From: Podarcis pityusensis | Lineage: Eukaryota | Reading direction: 5' to 3' (one strand) | Assembly: GCA_964106645.2 (NCBI GenBank) | Contig: OZ067041.1 | DNA: 64,000 bases | Part shown: piece by piece, positions 52,436 through 64,000 of the stretch | Position numbering within the stretch: the first letter of the stretch is position 1 | Layout: each line of letters starts with the position of its first letter | The notes under the pieces: generated by a model | What the model saw: only the letters and a program-made list of their open reading frames with translations | The model's database searches: none | Told to the model about the DNA's origin: nothing | Translations under genes and position numbers: made by a program

Positions 52436-53842
52436 TGAAATCAACATGATTGTTTCTCAGTTGTAAAAGAAATGTGAATGGTAGAAATGGTGATTAAAGA
52501 GCCCTGTGCTTATTTTGCAAAATTTTACTTCTGTGAAGCTGGGGAGATAGCGGCCCTGCAAGGGATGGATCATCTGAATCAGGCAATGGTGGTGCGCTCT
52601 CTTTTGACTTGCAGGACCCATACCCCCACCCAGGGAACCAGCCTGAACCTCACCCTATTCAGAGTCATTTGCCACTTTAAAAGATTCTTTCAAGAAAACT
52701 TCACAGAGCCTACTGGGTTTTTAAAAAATGCATTAGCACTGCTACTGCTGAGTCTTGCTGCTGTGCCCCTGTGCTTCCTGGTCATTCAACAGACTTTAAA
52801 AATAAATAAATCCACAGGCAGGGTATATTTATATGTCTCTTTCCTGCACAAGGAACTTGCCCTGAAAAAGCTGGCAGCCTTGAACATATTGCTGCAAAGT
52901 GAAAGGGACAAGTGCACAGCCATAATCACAGCAAATGCTGAAAGGTCTGGTCCTAGCCATTTTCTCTCTTTTTTGCTATTAAGGGGTTTCAAAAATAAAG
53001 ACCACTGATCTCAGCCAGGTACGTCCAACTCCCAAGAGACTGTGATCTACTCCCAGTATTAAAAAAAAACCTGGCAGTGATCATAGTTGTGGAGCTTTTT
53101 TGGGGGGGGGGGGTGGCCAGAGTTGTTCGAACTCCCTACTGAGATAACATCCTCAGCATGAGCTGTCTGAGGTCCTGCCTTTTCATCTTTGCCCTGTGAG
53201 CCTCAAGCTCCCATGGAACTGGAAACCAAGACAGCCAGAACCAGGTAAAAACAATGATTCCCTTCCAGCTCTGTTGTTGTTTTTTTAGTTCTAATTGAAA
53301 ATATTGTAACCATTATATGGACATTGCCCAAAAATGATTGTAAAAGCGCCTTTCTTCTCTTCATGGCCATTTAATTAATGGCCTTCTGGTGAACCCTACA
53401 AAAAGCCAAACAGTGTCCTTCTATGTCAGTTGTTGCTCCATTTCCTGATTAAAATCATTGCTGGGCAATAAAACTCATTAAATACCGGGGTGGAAACACT
53501 TTTGAAAAGTCATCTTAAACCAGAAATCCATTGTTGACCATGCATATGCTTTGCAGCACTAAGACTACAATCTAATAAACACCTACCTAGAAGTAAATCC
53601 CACTGAACTCAGCATACATCCACACAACACCAGTGGGTATTACTCACAAGCCCAAAATGTGCTCATTTTTGCCTTTAACATGCAAGTATATTTAATAAAC
53701 TATCTATAATACAAAGAACTAATTAAGATGTTAAAATAGATGGTCAGCTATTTAAATCTTGAGGGAACAAATACAAAATACTACTCTTCTGCCAAGCACA
53801 GGGAATGTAGTCACTGTGTGAAAATGCTGCCATTGATTTTAT

Positions 53843-54123
53843 TTTATTTTATTTATTTTTTTAAAGAATATTTATTCCAATTTTAAAGTTACAAAAAAAG
53901 AAGAAAAAACAAACCATACACATGTTACAAAAAAACAGACAATAAAAAAGAGGGGGGGAAAAACTCAACACAGAATAAACATGCATCACAGTGAAAAATA
54001 ACAATAATCAAATTAGACCTTTACAACCTTTTTCCCTTTTACTTATTTCCATGACTTTCTCTCACCTCCCTGCTTTGTATTCTAGTTTAGATCGTATCTC
54101 CAGCAAATCCTTCTAACCTTCTT
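53843..54123 (-). mobile_element. Non-LTR retrotransposon 3' UTR insertion (L1-type) with 22-bp TSD
   Basis: aaaatgctgccattgattttat at 53821-53842 and 54124-54145. T-rich left end (A-rich tail on minus strand). Confidence 0.85.
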
Positions 54124-55365
54124 AAAATGCTGCCATTGATTTTATGGACAAATACATTATTAATTGCTTTCAACATTTATGTCTTAACAAGGGATTCATT
54201 ATATCCTGATGACAAAACCTTATTATCCTACTGTTTATATATTGATTTAAAATATTTATGCCCTATCTTTTTACCCTAGCACTGAAGACCACGAACACAT
54301 ATAAAATCCTATGGAATCCCTTCATAATTCAAAATAATTCAAAAATAATTTAACAGAGCAGAAGGGTAGCAATAGTTTTTAAAAGTTTATTTCTAAAATT
54401 CCCACCTGAAAAAACCAAAAATATCTGGCTTGACACTTGAATGATAAAAGGGAGGGAGTAGCCTGGATTTCAAGAAGGGATTTTCAAAGTAAACTACTAT
54501 ATGATTGGGAAAATTGATCACCATGTGATCAGAAATGATTAATTGTGATTAGTTTCTCCTTCCTCCTCTCGTTCCTCACTGTGCTTTTTCTTTAAGACTG
54601 TGCACACAAACATGAAACTGGGAACATTTGAAATTCCCCTCCCCACTCCAAACTCCCCTCAGCTACTAATACGCAGAAGCTGCAAACCTTTGGGTCCTGC
54701 TGCCAAAAGATGATTTGCAGCAGCTAAACTCTTCAAATGGGCAAAATGTCTTGCCATTTTGGTCTTTTGCTGCTAGGCAAGGCTTGCAATGAAAGGAATT
54801 TATATTCAAGAAAGAAACTTTTAAGGACATGACTTTGAAGCACATCACCAAAGATAAATTGTGGCATCTTATTTTAGAACACTGATAAAATAAGATTCAG
54901 AATCACAGATGCTGTGATATTTCCCATCATGTAAGTGTTGTGTTACTGCCAGGCAGTTATACAGTTCACAGGCTAAAATAAATGTCTTCCAACAAGGCTT
55001 GACATGACAAACACTATGTTTACTTGCCAGATGCAACAGCTACAGTGAGAGGAGCAAACAATGGCATAACTGTAGCTCTCAGGTTGGCCCGAGATACAAA
55101 CTAGGTATTCTGTCCTTTTCTGCAGTTCCTTTCTGCAGAACATTGGCACTGCTCTTCATTCTTCTCTCCTCCACTTTTTCCATCACAGTGCTATCCCATC
55201 TATGTGTCAGTCACAAACCTCTATTTAATCACTGACTATCTTCTTTATCTTGCAGCAGAAAAATACAGCAATTTTCAAAGCAAACTAGTATATCTAAATA
55301 CAAGAAGCTCAACTCCAAACTTGGATCTCAGCGCAGACCAAATTGCCAAAGATAATTCTGTACTG

Positions 55366-55773
55366 CAGGAGTGGGAAAATTCAAGTCCAGAAGCAAACTG
55401 TGGACCTCCATGCCTCTCTGTCTGGCCCCTGGGGCTTATGCCCATCCCCAAGTTTCACCCATTCTTCCCAGACCACACTTTTCATTGGCCCTGCTCCATG
55501 ACCTGCTTTACTGCTTTTGCCTGACCAGAACGTGTTCTTGAACTGTAGTAATGCCTTTTGCTTATCTTGATTGAGAAATGCATGTATGTGTTTGTGTATG
55601 TGTAGAGACATCTGCCTTTGGGCTGAAATGTAGTCTACTGTACAAAGCTTAGAGTCACCTCAGTTGTTCTACCCATTTTTGCCTCTGGCGCTGTGCACCA
55701 CTGGCATGCAGCTCTTGGGAGCTTGCCCCTAAGGAGATATGACCCTTTGTCTGAAAAACGTTTCCCATCCCTG
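55366..55773. mobile_element. Old hAT-like MITE
   Basis: Imperfect TIRs caggagtgggaaaat / acgtttcccatccctg. Confidence 0.5.
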
Positions 55774-56368
55774 TTGTGCTGCGTGAGCTGAGAGCCTTTA
55801 CATATGTAGCAGAGGAAAGCTTTAACTCAGTTTACAGGAATCACATGGAACTACTAGGCAGCTGTTAGATAACAGAATGAGGGTCAAATTACATGTTTCA
55901 CAGCAGCCACATATAATATTGCAAAAAGGTCAATTTGCTATGCAAATCTGGATGATTATACCTTGAACCACATTAAGTATTGCAGGACCCCTGAGAACAG
56001 AGGAAGGAGGCAGGCCATAAAGAGGCAGATGAGGAAGCAGATGGAGATAAGAGCCAAAAGTTTAGCAGAGCTGAAATTTCTCAGTTATTTTTTTCTGAGA
56101 ATTCAAGATTTTTTTCCAACCTGCCCACTCCGAAAAAGGGCACTTTACAGATTTTACTCTGAAAACTTTCCACCACAATTTGGGGGCAACCCCACCCCCC
56201 ACAATGCCCTAAAACAACTCTGGGGGTGAGGCTTTGCAGCAGTGGGGTGGTATTGTTTCGTTTGTTATTATTGTATGCATTTTTGTGTTTCTGTATTGTA
56301 AACTGCCCGTGACCCTTGGATGAAGAGCAGTATGTAAATTTAATAAATAATAATACATAAAATAAATA

Positions 56369-56594
56369 CAGTGGTACCTCAGGATGTGAATGGGATCCGT
56401 TCCGGAGCCGCGTTCGCATCCTGAATAGAACGTAAAACGCAACAGCGCATCTGCGCATGCGGCGTTTCGCCGCTTCCGCACATGCGCATGACGTCATTTT
56501 GACTGGAAGTCACGCACTCCGTTACTTCTGGGTCGCTGTGGAGCGCAACCCAAAAATACTTATCCTGAAGCATATTTATCCTGAGGTATGACTG
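56369..56594. mobile_element. Tc1/mariner MITE, family C (CpG-rich)
   Basis: TA|cagtggtacctcaggat ... atcctgaggtatgactg|TA. Inserted in the AT-rich tail of an L2-like 3' end (about 56225-56368). Confidence 0.88.
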
Positions 56595-58228
56595 TACATA
56601 ATAATAAAAGGTAGTTGGGATGCTTACCTGGATTTTCTCCAAAGCAAGCTAACCCACACTGTTCTCCTTGGGTGATGCAACAGTATTCCCACAGTGCTAT
56701 AGTACTTATCAGGCCTGGTATTTCTCTTAAAATGAGCCAAAAACTGTACAGCATCTCGCAAATCTAACCTAAAAATCATCCTGTTATGGTTATGACAGCC
56801 AGTTTTATGTGAGTTCCCTTGAGCCAGTCTGTCTGCTATGCCTTATTCTTTTTACAGTCTCCTATTACATCAATAAATCATAATATGCATTCTGTCATCT
56901 CTCCTGCATGGCATATGCTATAAAGAGCAGGTAGCTTTGAAGTTCCCTTCTGTAAGAATCTCTCTCTGCTCCCCGCTCCCCACCACCTTCAGACCAGAAT
57001 ATCTGTTCACTTAAAGCAATATACTGTATTTTAAGCCCACACTAGGATACAATTCTGATGTAAAAACAACTTTAATTGGTGCACTGCTAAGATAGTGTAA
57101 GATGTTGAAACGTTACCTATCTTACACGCAACTTCATGCACAGGAAGAGTATGTATCTGAATACCAGTTGCTCAGAATCACAAGTGGGGAGAATTTTACT
57201 GCATTCATGTCTTACTTCTGGGGTTCCCATAGACTCTGACTGGGCAAAATGAAAACAGGATGCTGTAGCAGATGTGTCTTTGGCCTCATCCAACAGACTT
57301 CTTATTATATTCTTATGAGATCTACTGGCTTCTCTATCAACAGAGGGTGGGCCAGTCACTATTAGGAGTGCCAAATGTGTTCCTGTCCCAGTGTATCATT
57401 TTCTCTAAGCCAGTGCTTTATTTCTTCGTTTCATCTCTCTGAACTGTGTCTGGTAAAGAGAAGCACTCCTGAAGATGATATGGGTGGCTATTAAGACAGC
57501 TTTTGGTTATTCCTGTCTCTTGATGTGAGGGTCTGTTCTTAACCCCTCTCAGTTATGTTCCAGATTGAAACCCACTTATTCCCCCCCCCCCATATAACTC
57601 AATAGGAGAATCTGAAAATGAATTTATATCTTCCAAGATTGGTAGTAATGTGATTCTGTGTTAGGGTTTGTACAGTACAGACCTGAACCAAGGCTTCTGT
57701 GAACTGAACTGAGCAGCCATGGAGTCCCTTGTGTCTTCTTCATATGAACACCACCCATTTTAAGAAGAAAAGTTACCACCTGGGACTTGGTTTTTAGTTG
57801 GAACTGTTATTTGCTGTTTGTGCTGATAGAACAGGCTGCCCATAGACCAGTAACCAGCATCAGCCTTGACATCAGTTTTATAATTCTGACAACTGAATGT
57901 CTGGGGAAAATATGGGTTTGGGAACATCAGCAAGAAGAATGTCATTGAAGTAGAAATATATTTTGAAAGAAATTACAGATTGAAAGCTTCTGTTCAACAG
58001 ATAGATGTGCCATCAAAAATGGCATAGCATTTATCTTTGGTAGACTGGCACTGCTTGGCACAGTTAAGGACCGGTTTATTGACAATACATTAAAAAGCCA
58101 GTTCCCAAGGTTCTTCCATCACACTCTAGCAGTATATCAAGATGTGAAACTTAGAGAGCAATAAATAGGTGCAAGTGTAGGGGCATTAAGAATGGAAATG
58201 ATTCAGTTCTCAAGGACTGCAACACAAT

Positions 58229-58267
<39 letters not shown>

Positions 58268-58389
58268 ACTTTATTGTGGTCCATAGACCCAAAATACTCA
58301 GTACAACAAAAGATTATATTAACCCCAGTATGGGGCAGTGTCTGTCAGGGTCATTAGGACTTCCTCTAAGTCATTTTTTAAAAGATTAA

Positions 58390-58695
58390 ATAGATTGTTG
58401 TCCCAGTGGATCATATCTTACCTGCATGTTACTATCACTATATAAGGCAGGCATAGGCAAACTCGGCCCTCCAGATGTTTTGGGATTACCACTCCCATCA
58501 TCTCTGACCACTGGTCCTGTTAGTTAGGGATGATGGGAGTTGTAGTCCCAAAACACCTGGAGGGCCAAGTTTGCCTATGCCTGATATAAGGTATAGGAGT
58601 ATTTTGTCCTCCATCACCAAATACAACTTTGACCATAATTTGGATCTTGGGATGGAATCAAAGGCATATTTTAGGTCCATAAAGGCCACATATAA
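58390..58695 (-). mobile_element. LINE reverse-transcriptase fragment interrupted by a hAT MITE
   Basis: VAFMDLKYAFDSIPRSKLWSKL (RT F.D..KAFD motif), continuing past the MITE as YSD..MQVR. Confidence 0.7.
58448..58583. mobile_element. Short palindromic hAT MITE
   Basis: TIRs caggcataggcaaact / agtttgcctatgcctg. Perfect 8-bp TSD atataagg. Confidence 0.93.
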
Positions 58696-58699
58696 ATGG

Positions 58700-59340
58700 C
58701 CTTGGAGTGGCTATGAGGGGAAATCAGATAGCCCACTAAAAATAGTCACCCATTGATCATCCCTCCCACCCAAGGGGCATGTTTGGCCCTGCCTGGAAGG
58801 AACTGGGCAAAGTGTGTATGTGACCTTGCTGTGGAGTTAAGTAGTTCCCTGCTGGGACCAGGGAGCAAGCTCCTTGCAGACAAATTGGGCACATTTTCCT
58901 TCCTCATAGCAACTACCACAACTTTTGGTGAAAAGGGCATTGGCCTAGTCTAATCCAGGGGGTTGAGAGGGAGCCTCAACCTTTATACAAATCAAAATCT
59001 CAGTAAAGGGGTCTGGGTGGAAGGTTCTGTCTGAAGGTCCAGACGGGGGCAGATGGGCCATAGAACTTCACAGTTGGCAGCCTTAAAGGGGGGGGGAAGG
59101 GTCACCTTCGTTGAGTTTCACTTTGAGGGGACCTTTAATCCAGGACAGACCCTTTTGAACAATCAGCCAGGAGTCGGGCTGGTGGGTTCAGGATACTTAT
59201 CCAATTGCGATGCCAAAGCCTACTATTATCTGTAATCAATAAAGTTGCGGCCATTTCAATTCAAAAATGTTGTAATGTCATTTTTGCTGCTTCTATCTCC
59301 TACTTCCCCACTGGTTTCACGGGGCTCACTGCACTTGGGT
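58700..59340 (+). mobile_element. LTR-like or DIRS-like terminal region, unclassified
   Basis: GC-richer block ending in aatcAATAAAgttgcggcc (about 59238), an LTR-type polyadenylation context. Termini unclear. Confidence 0.4.
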
Positions 59341-59913
59341 CCACAAAACTAAGGATCATGCTAACTCACTCACCCATTAAGGACTTTGTCTCTCTCCTAT
59401 TCACTCCATGATGCGTACATAGACACATTATCCATCCATCCCTCTCTCTCTCTCACACACACACATTAACTCAGGAATTAATCTTGCATTTTTATATTGT
59501 CCAAAGAGCCTCATTCTATCAGCTAATACTGCCAGGAAAGAAAGTGTTTCAAGTGAATGCAAAGGCACTTTTGATATTAAAAGAGTGCATTCACAGCAAA
59601 TGAAACAGCAAATGAAACTTGATACAAATGACAGCGAGAATGAATTAATGCGGAGCAACTCATCTTTTCAAAGCAATGAGCAATCTGAATATTTTTTTCC
59701 CTTTACGGTACTGACAGTTTTCAGCTTCAGTCACTTAGCCTTCTTCAGGCAATATCCCATAGTGTGTGTGTGAACTGTTTTTACCTGAGATAACATTTTT
59801 ACTAAAATCTGTTGCTTCTGTTAGATTAAAATTTGCAGAAGATTTTTCTTAAAGTAAGCAAGTATGGTAACAACTGTTCCATATTATTTTACTAATCTGA
59901 CAAATTTAAAATA

Positions 59914-60115
59914 CAGTGGTACCTCGGGTTACAGATGCTTCAGGTTACAGACTCCGCTAACCCAGAAATAGTACCTCGGATTCAAGATGAGAACAGAAAT
60001 CGCGCGGCAGCAGCGGGAGGCCCCATTAGCTAAAGTGTTACCTCAGGTTAAGAACAGTTTAGGGGTTAAGAACAGACTCCGGAACAAATTAAGTTCTTAA
60101 CCCAAGGTACCACTG
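59914..60115 (+). mobile_element. Tc1/mariner MITE, family A copy 5 (internally deleted)
   Basis: TA|cagtggtacctcgggtta ... taacccaaggtaccactg|TA, 202 bp. Confidence 0.9.
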
Positions 60116-62241
60116 TATTTATTTCAGTCCGCTCACATAGAATAATTATCAACATGTATGCAATATTTTTGGAACAATGATGGAAACACTTCATTACAGA
60201 GGATGATTGTCAAACCATCACAACATTCCTCAAACATGTTAACTCAGGAAGGTTAAGAATTTTGCCCAGAGGTAAGAAGTGCATTATGGCAGTGCATTCA
60301 CGCACACCCCAGCTTCCTAAAAGCTTTCAGTATGTCAACAATGACTTCTTGTTTCCTAGAAATAGTGTATGCATGCCCTGCTCCCACTGCAAAGAAGCCA
60401 CTTTCTTTTCCTATCTGTCTTCCACAGTGAGAGGCTGGAAGGCGAAAGGAAAGATCCCAGGTGAGAGCTCAGAAGAGCTACTGTCCTCTATGGGTGGTAA
60501 AGGCCAAGAATTACTTGGATTCCGTATTTTACTTACTCGATTTGTAATTTTTGTAGTTGTAATTTTACTGCATTATGGGAAAAATCTGAATTTAAAATTC
60601 ATGAGAATAAAATCCACTTTATTTCCCAATGACTCAACAGGATGCACTGTCAAATCCCAAATCATTTTTAACTGGCTATCCACTACTAATTGTGTGATTT
60701 TTTTTTTCCAAACAAGGATGTCTAGTGTAACTGCTTCCTATTTTGAGGCAAAGATAGCTATGACTCACAGTGTAACCAACAAACTTTTTACTCCACCAAA
60801 GTCTTGCTGGCTTGGCTCTGGTTTAATTATCATGGCCTATTTCTTAATGCTACTTTAAAGAGCTGGTTTTTAAAACTGGTATAAAACAAATTCCTGTAAA
60901 TGTCTTTACCTTTTCCATCAAAATATTTTCATGAGAAACAAATATCTCAATAATTTAGGAGTGTTATGAGTCAGTGTCACATTGAGTTTTACACTATACC
61001 TCTAATTACTTTCAGAGCCACAACGGAATCTAGCTGGGGGGGGGGGGGGGGGACAAAAACCTACCAGGCTCTCCACTCCCCTATACACAACTTTTTATTT
61101 TATTTTATTTTATGGAGGAAAGATTCCACTGTCTAGAACATCTGCTGTAAATCACAAGGATTATTCCAAGTTGACAGAATGCCCAGACCCACTGAAATTA
61201 AATGTTGCTTGCTCATCCATGATCCCCAACAGCATATTGCTCATGTTCACCATATTACTAATCCTCACATGCTCACAAAAGAAGCCTGCACAGAACATAT
61301 GGTAATGTTATTACACAGTTACCTGTTGCAGCAAACCCTAAGAAGAATATTAAAGTTAATTTTTAAGTGTCAAATATAAAGAAGAAAACAAAGATACATT
61401 TTTAAAGGACAGGAGGAAAGCACACACTGCTGGCAAACATATAAGGGAATGAATGCCCTCCAGATAGCTTTCCACAGAAAACTGGTGTATATGAAAAATA
61501 CATGCAAAAGCAGCCAGGGGAGTGAGGTCCTCAGACTACTGCATAATAGATAGTGGGTATTTAGCCTTCCAGGCTTTAAGTATAAGTCTCAAGGGCCACT
61601 TTTGTTTGTTACTGATATGCCCAGTTATTATTTGTCAGTCAGTTTTATTATTTTGGATCATACAAAGGGGTTGAATTAATAAACATGTAGTAAGTATTTA
61701 CTTTTTCTTTCATGGAACAAGATGCATCAGTTCCATTATGAATTGTACAAGGAAGTGCTGAGATAGGAAAAATGAATCACTTCCATTTCCTTCCTCTTAC
61801 TCCTTCTTACCCTAAGGGGCAGATGTGGCTCATCAACCTCACAATACAGGTGGATGCCAACCAGAAAACCCTTCCCCTAAGAGATTCTGCAATACACATA
61901 CCCACTTATCCTCAGTTGTTACAGGAACAAGACACACGGAGTGGAAGAACTCTCCAGAACCCTGTCATTTGTTTGGAGATAGACCAGAAAATATTGCTCT
62001 GAGTGATCAACACCTCCACATTTACTAAAATTATTAATTAGTCCATTGCAGCAAGTGTAGAAGCCAGATGGCCAAATGGAGGAAGCTTCACAATGATTTG
62101 GAAGCAATTTGATACATGATTCCTATATAGGTGTTTTAAATCAAAACTCATCTAAGAAAACAAGGCTTTCAAGCTTTTCATCCTTGCAATGTATTTCTCT
62201 CTCCCAAATGTAGGACAGGAGCTTTCAAATTGTGGCATAAT

Positions 62242-62242
<1 letters not shown>

Positions 62243-62292
<50 letters not shown>

Positions 62293-62293
62293 T
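62243..62293. repeat. (TC)n(TG)n microsatellite
   Basis: Direct reading. Confidence 0.93.
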
Positions 62294-62861
62294 TTAAAAA
62301 AAAGCTTTATAAATAGTTTGGGTTTCCTAAGGGTATAATTGAGAAGACACAAAAGACAGATCACATGGCTGGCAGAACTCTTTCTCCATCTCTCATCACT
62401 GCCTTGGAAAGAAAGGAATAGGCAAAGGCATATGGGCTGGCCAAATGTTTCATGGTTCCCAGTGGGGAAACTGCACAGTGGCAGAGGAGTTTCAAAAGTG
62501 GCAACTTCCCCTCCCCATCTCCTTCAAACATAGAACCCTGCCCAGAGGGAGCCCTATGCAAGTGGACCCAACATATGCTCCCCACAGACCACTTAATTGA
62601 TTCCCCCCCCGCCTGCTGTAGCAAATGTAACATTCTGTATAAGATTCTATATGTTTATTCTTTTATCTCTTATATACTGTGTTTTATTGGATTACAATTC
62701 GAATTCCATAGACTCAAATACAATTAAAAATCATTATGAATATTGAATCTACATCCAACGCCACAGAGTACCTGAATGAAGCTTACAGACCACTGGTGGC
62801 CTGTGGACCACAGCCTCAGAAGACCCTGCCTAAACCATAAGTTTGTCTATGTTTTTATATA

Positions 62862-63103
62862 CAGTGGTACCTCGGGTTACATACGCTTCAGGTTACATAC
62901 GCTTCAGGTTACAGACTCCTCTAACCCAGAAATATTACCTCGGGTCAAGAACTTTGCTTCAGGATGAGAACAGAAATCGTGCTCCGGCGGCGCGGCGGCA
63001 GCAGGAGGCCCCATTAGCTAAAGTGGTGCTTCAGGTTAAGAACAGTTTCAGGTTAAGTACAGACCTCCGGAACGAATTAAGTACTTAACCCGAGGTACCA
63101 CTG
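62862..63103 (+). mobile_element. Tc1/mariner MITE, family A copy 6
   Basis: TA|cagtggtacctcgggtta ... taacccgaggtaccactg|TA. Confidence 0.92.
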
Positions 63104-63198
63104 TATGCTGTAAGTCACCCAGAGTGGCTAGGGAAACCCAACCGGATGGGTGAGGTATAAATAATAAAATGATGACGACGACGACGACGATGGTGATG
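63104..63198 (+). mobile_element. L2 3' terminal fragment with (GAC/GAT)n tail
   Basis: gtaagtcacccagagtggctagggaaacccaaccggatgggtgaggtataaataataaa matches the L2 3' UTR at 19628-19710. Confidence 0.75.
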
Positions 63199-64000
63199 AA
63201 TGCCAACATTAGAGCCGAAATGGGGCTAGTGAAAAAAAGGGAAATAATATTTTTTTAAAAATAGACATTAAAACCTGCCCAATGATATTGTGTGACAGTA
63301 GAAAAAGAAAAAGCATAACATTGGTTGGTGGAGGAGGAGGGGGAACTGAATGGAATATTCTTGAGCGAGAAATGGAACCCTGAACAGATACGCTGGATAC
63401 ACTGCAACATTTTGTTGTAAGACCATTTGTTATACATCTTGGGACGATATTATGGTATGGAGAACATTGTCTCCTTGAACACAACTGAGCTGAAACACAG
63501 CCAAAGTGGTAAGATTTGAGAGCTTGCATTTCTTCCTTAGAAACTGTCTCTGTACCATTTCCTTAAGGAGGCTTATCTATTATTTTGACAGCTATAGATC
63601 TAGAAACACAGCAGTTATTTAATTTCACTATAAGAGAAGACATTTGATTTCATTTTAAGAGAAGACACTGTTATAGCATCGTATTGGGAAAAGTGTTGAG
63701 AATACCTTGTATCAGTCATACACCCCTTTTATACAGAGTATAAAAACCCCAAGCGACATCCTCTTGCACAATGGAAATTTTCCAGTTTCTCCCCCCTGTA
63801 GTGCCTGAAAATCTGGTCTGAAGGACCCCCAACCCTCTTCAGCAGATTTTGGGAGTGCACTGGGGGTGGAACTGCAGAGAGGAGAGGAAGAATCACTACT
63901 GCATGAGCTACTGCATGGGCACACATGACACCTATGGATGTATAATCAAAGGTTCCCAAATGACTTCTTGAAAAAAGAAAAATGCAGAAATGTGATATAT

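Noticed and set aside
52478-53008. 176-aa ORF
   Set aside because: No domain similarity or splice context recognised.
28508-54145. Shared aaaatgct in two L1-type TSDs suggesting site-specific targeting
   Set aside because: The insertions are in opposite orientations, so the shared bases are at non-equivalent ends. The third L1 TSD differs. Generic A-rich endonuclease preference suffices.
54666-54851. Cys-rich minus-strand ORF as an alternative first exon
   Set aside because: Only a weak donor (GC|GTATTA), no homology recognised and no CpG support.
60262-60858. 198-aa ORF
   Set aside because: Non-ATG start, no recognisable domain, composition typical of translated AT-rich non-coding DNA.

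Overview
AT-rich (about 40% GC), repeat-laden vertebrate DNA with no recognisable host protein-coding exon. It reads as an intergenic stretch or a large intron. The repeat repertoire (BovB/RTE, CR1, L2, L1, a tRNA-derived SINE with a CR1 tail, many Tc1/mariner-pogo and hAT MITEs, Penelope-type end, LTR-like elements) points by inference to a squamate reptile, most likely a lacertid lizard. All ORFs I can assign a product to are LINE ORF2 remnants. Most notable observations: (1) two long foldback palindromes, a loopless perfect 68-bp one at a deletion junction inside an L1 and a 72-bp-arm hairpin at 12.7-12.9 kb; (2) a 688-bp TG...CA LTR-like element largely filled by an intact 166-aa acidic/Pro-rich ORF ending in an RRSARL-like basic motif, with a possible relic of the same motif in a second solo LTR; (3) a TE-free, CpG-retaining block at 21.9-22.8 kb with promoter motifs and a candidate minus-strand exon; (4) a recent burst of one MITE family (6 copies), with MITEs repeatedly landing in L2 3' ends; (5) a MITE carrying NRF1/CRE/ETS motifs. 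Repeat family calls come from motif recognition, not database searches. Boundaries without TSDs are approximate.
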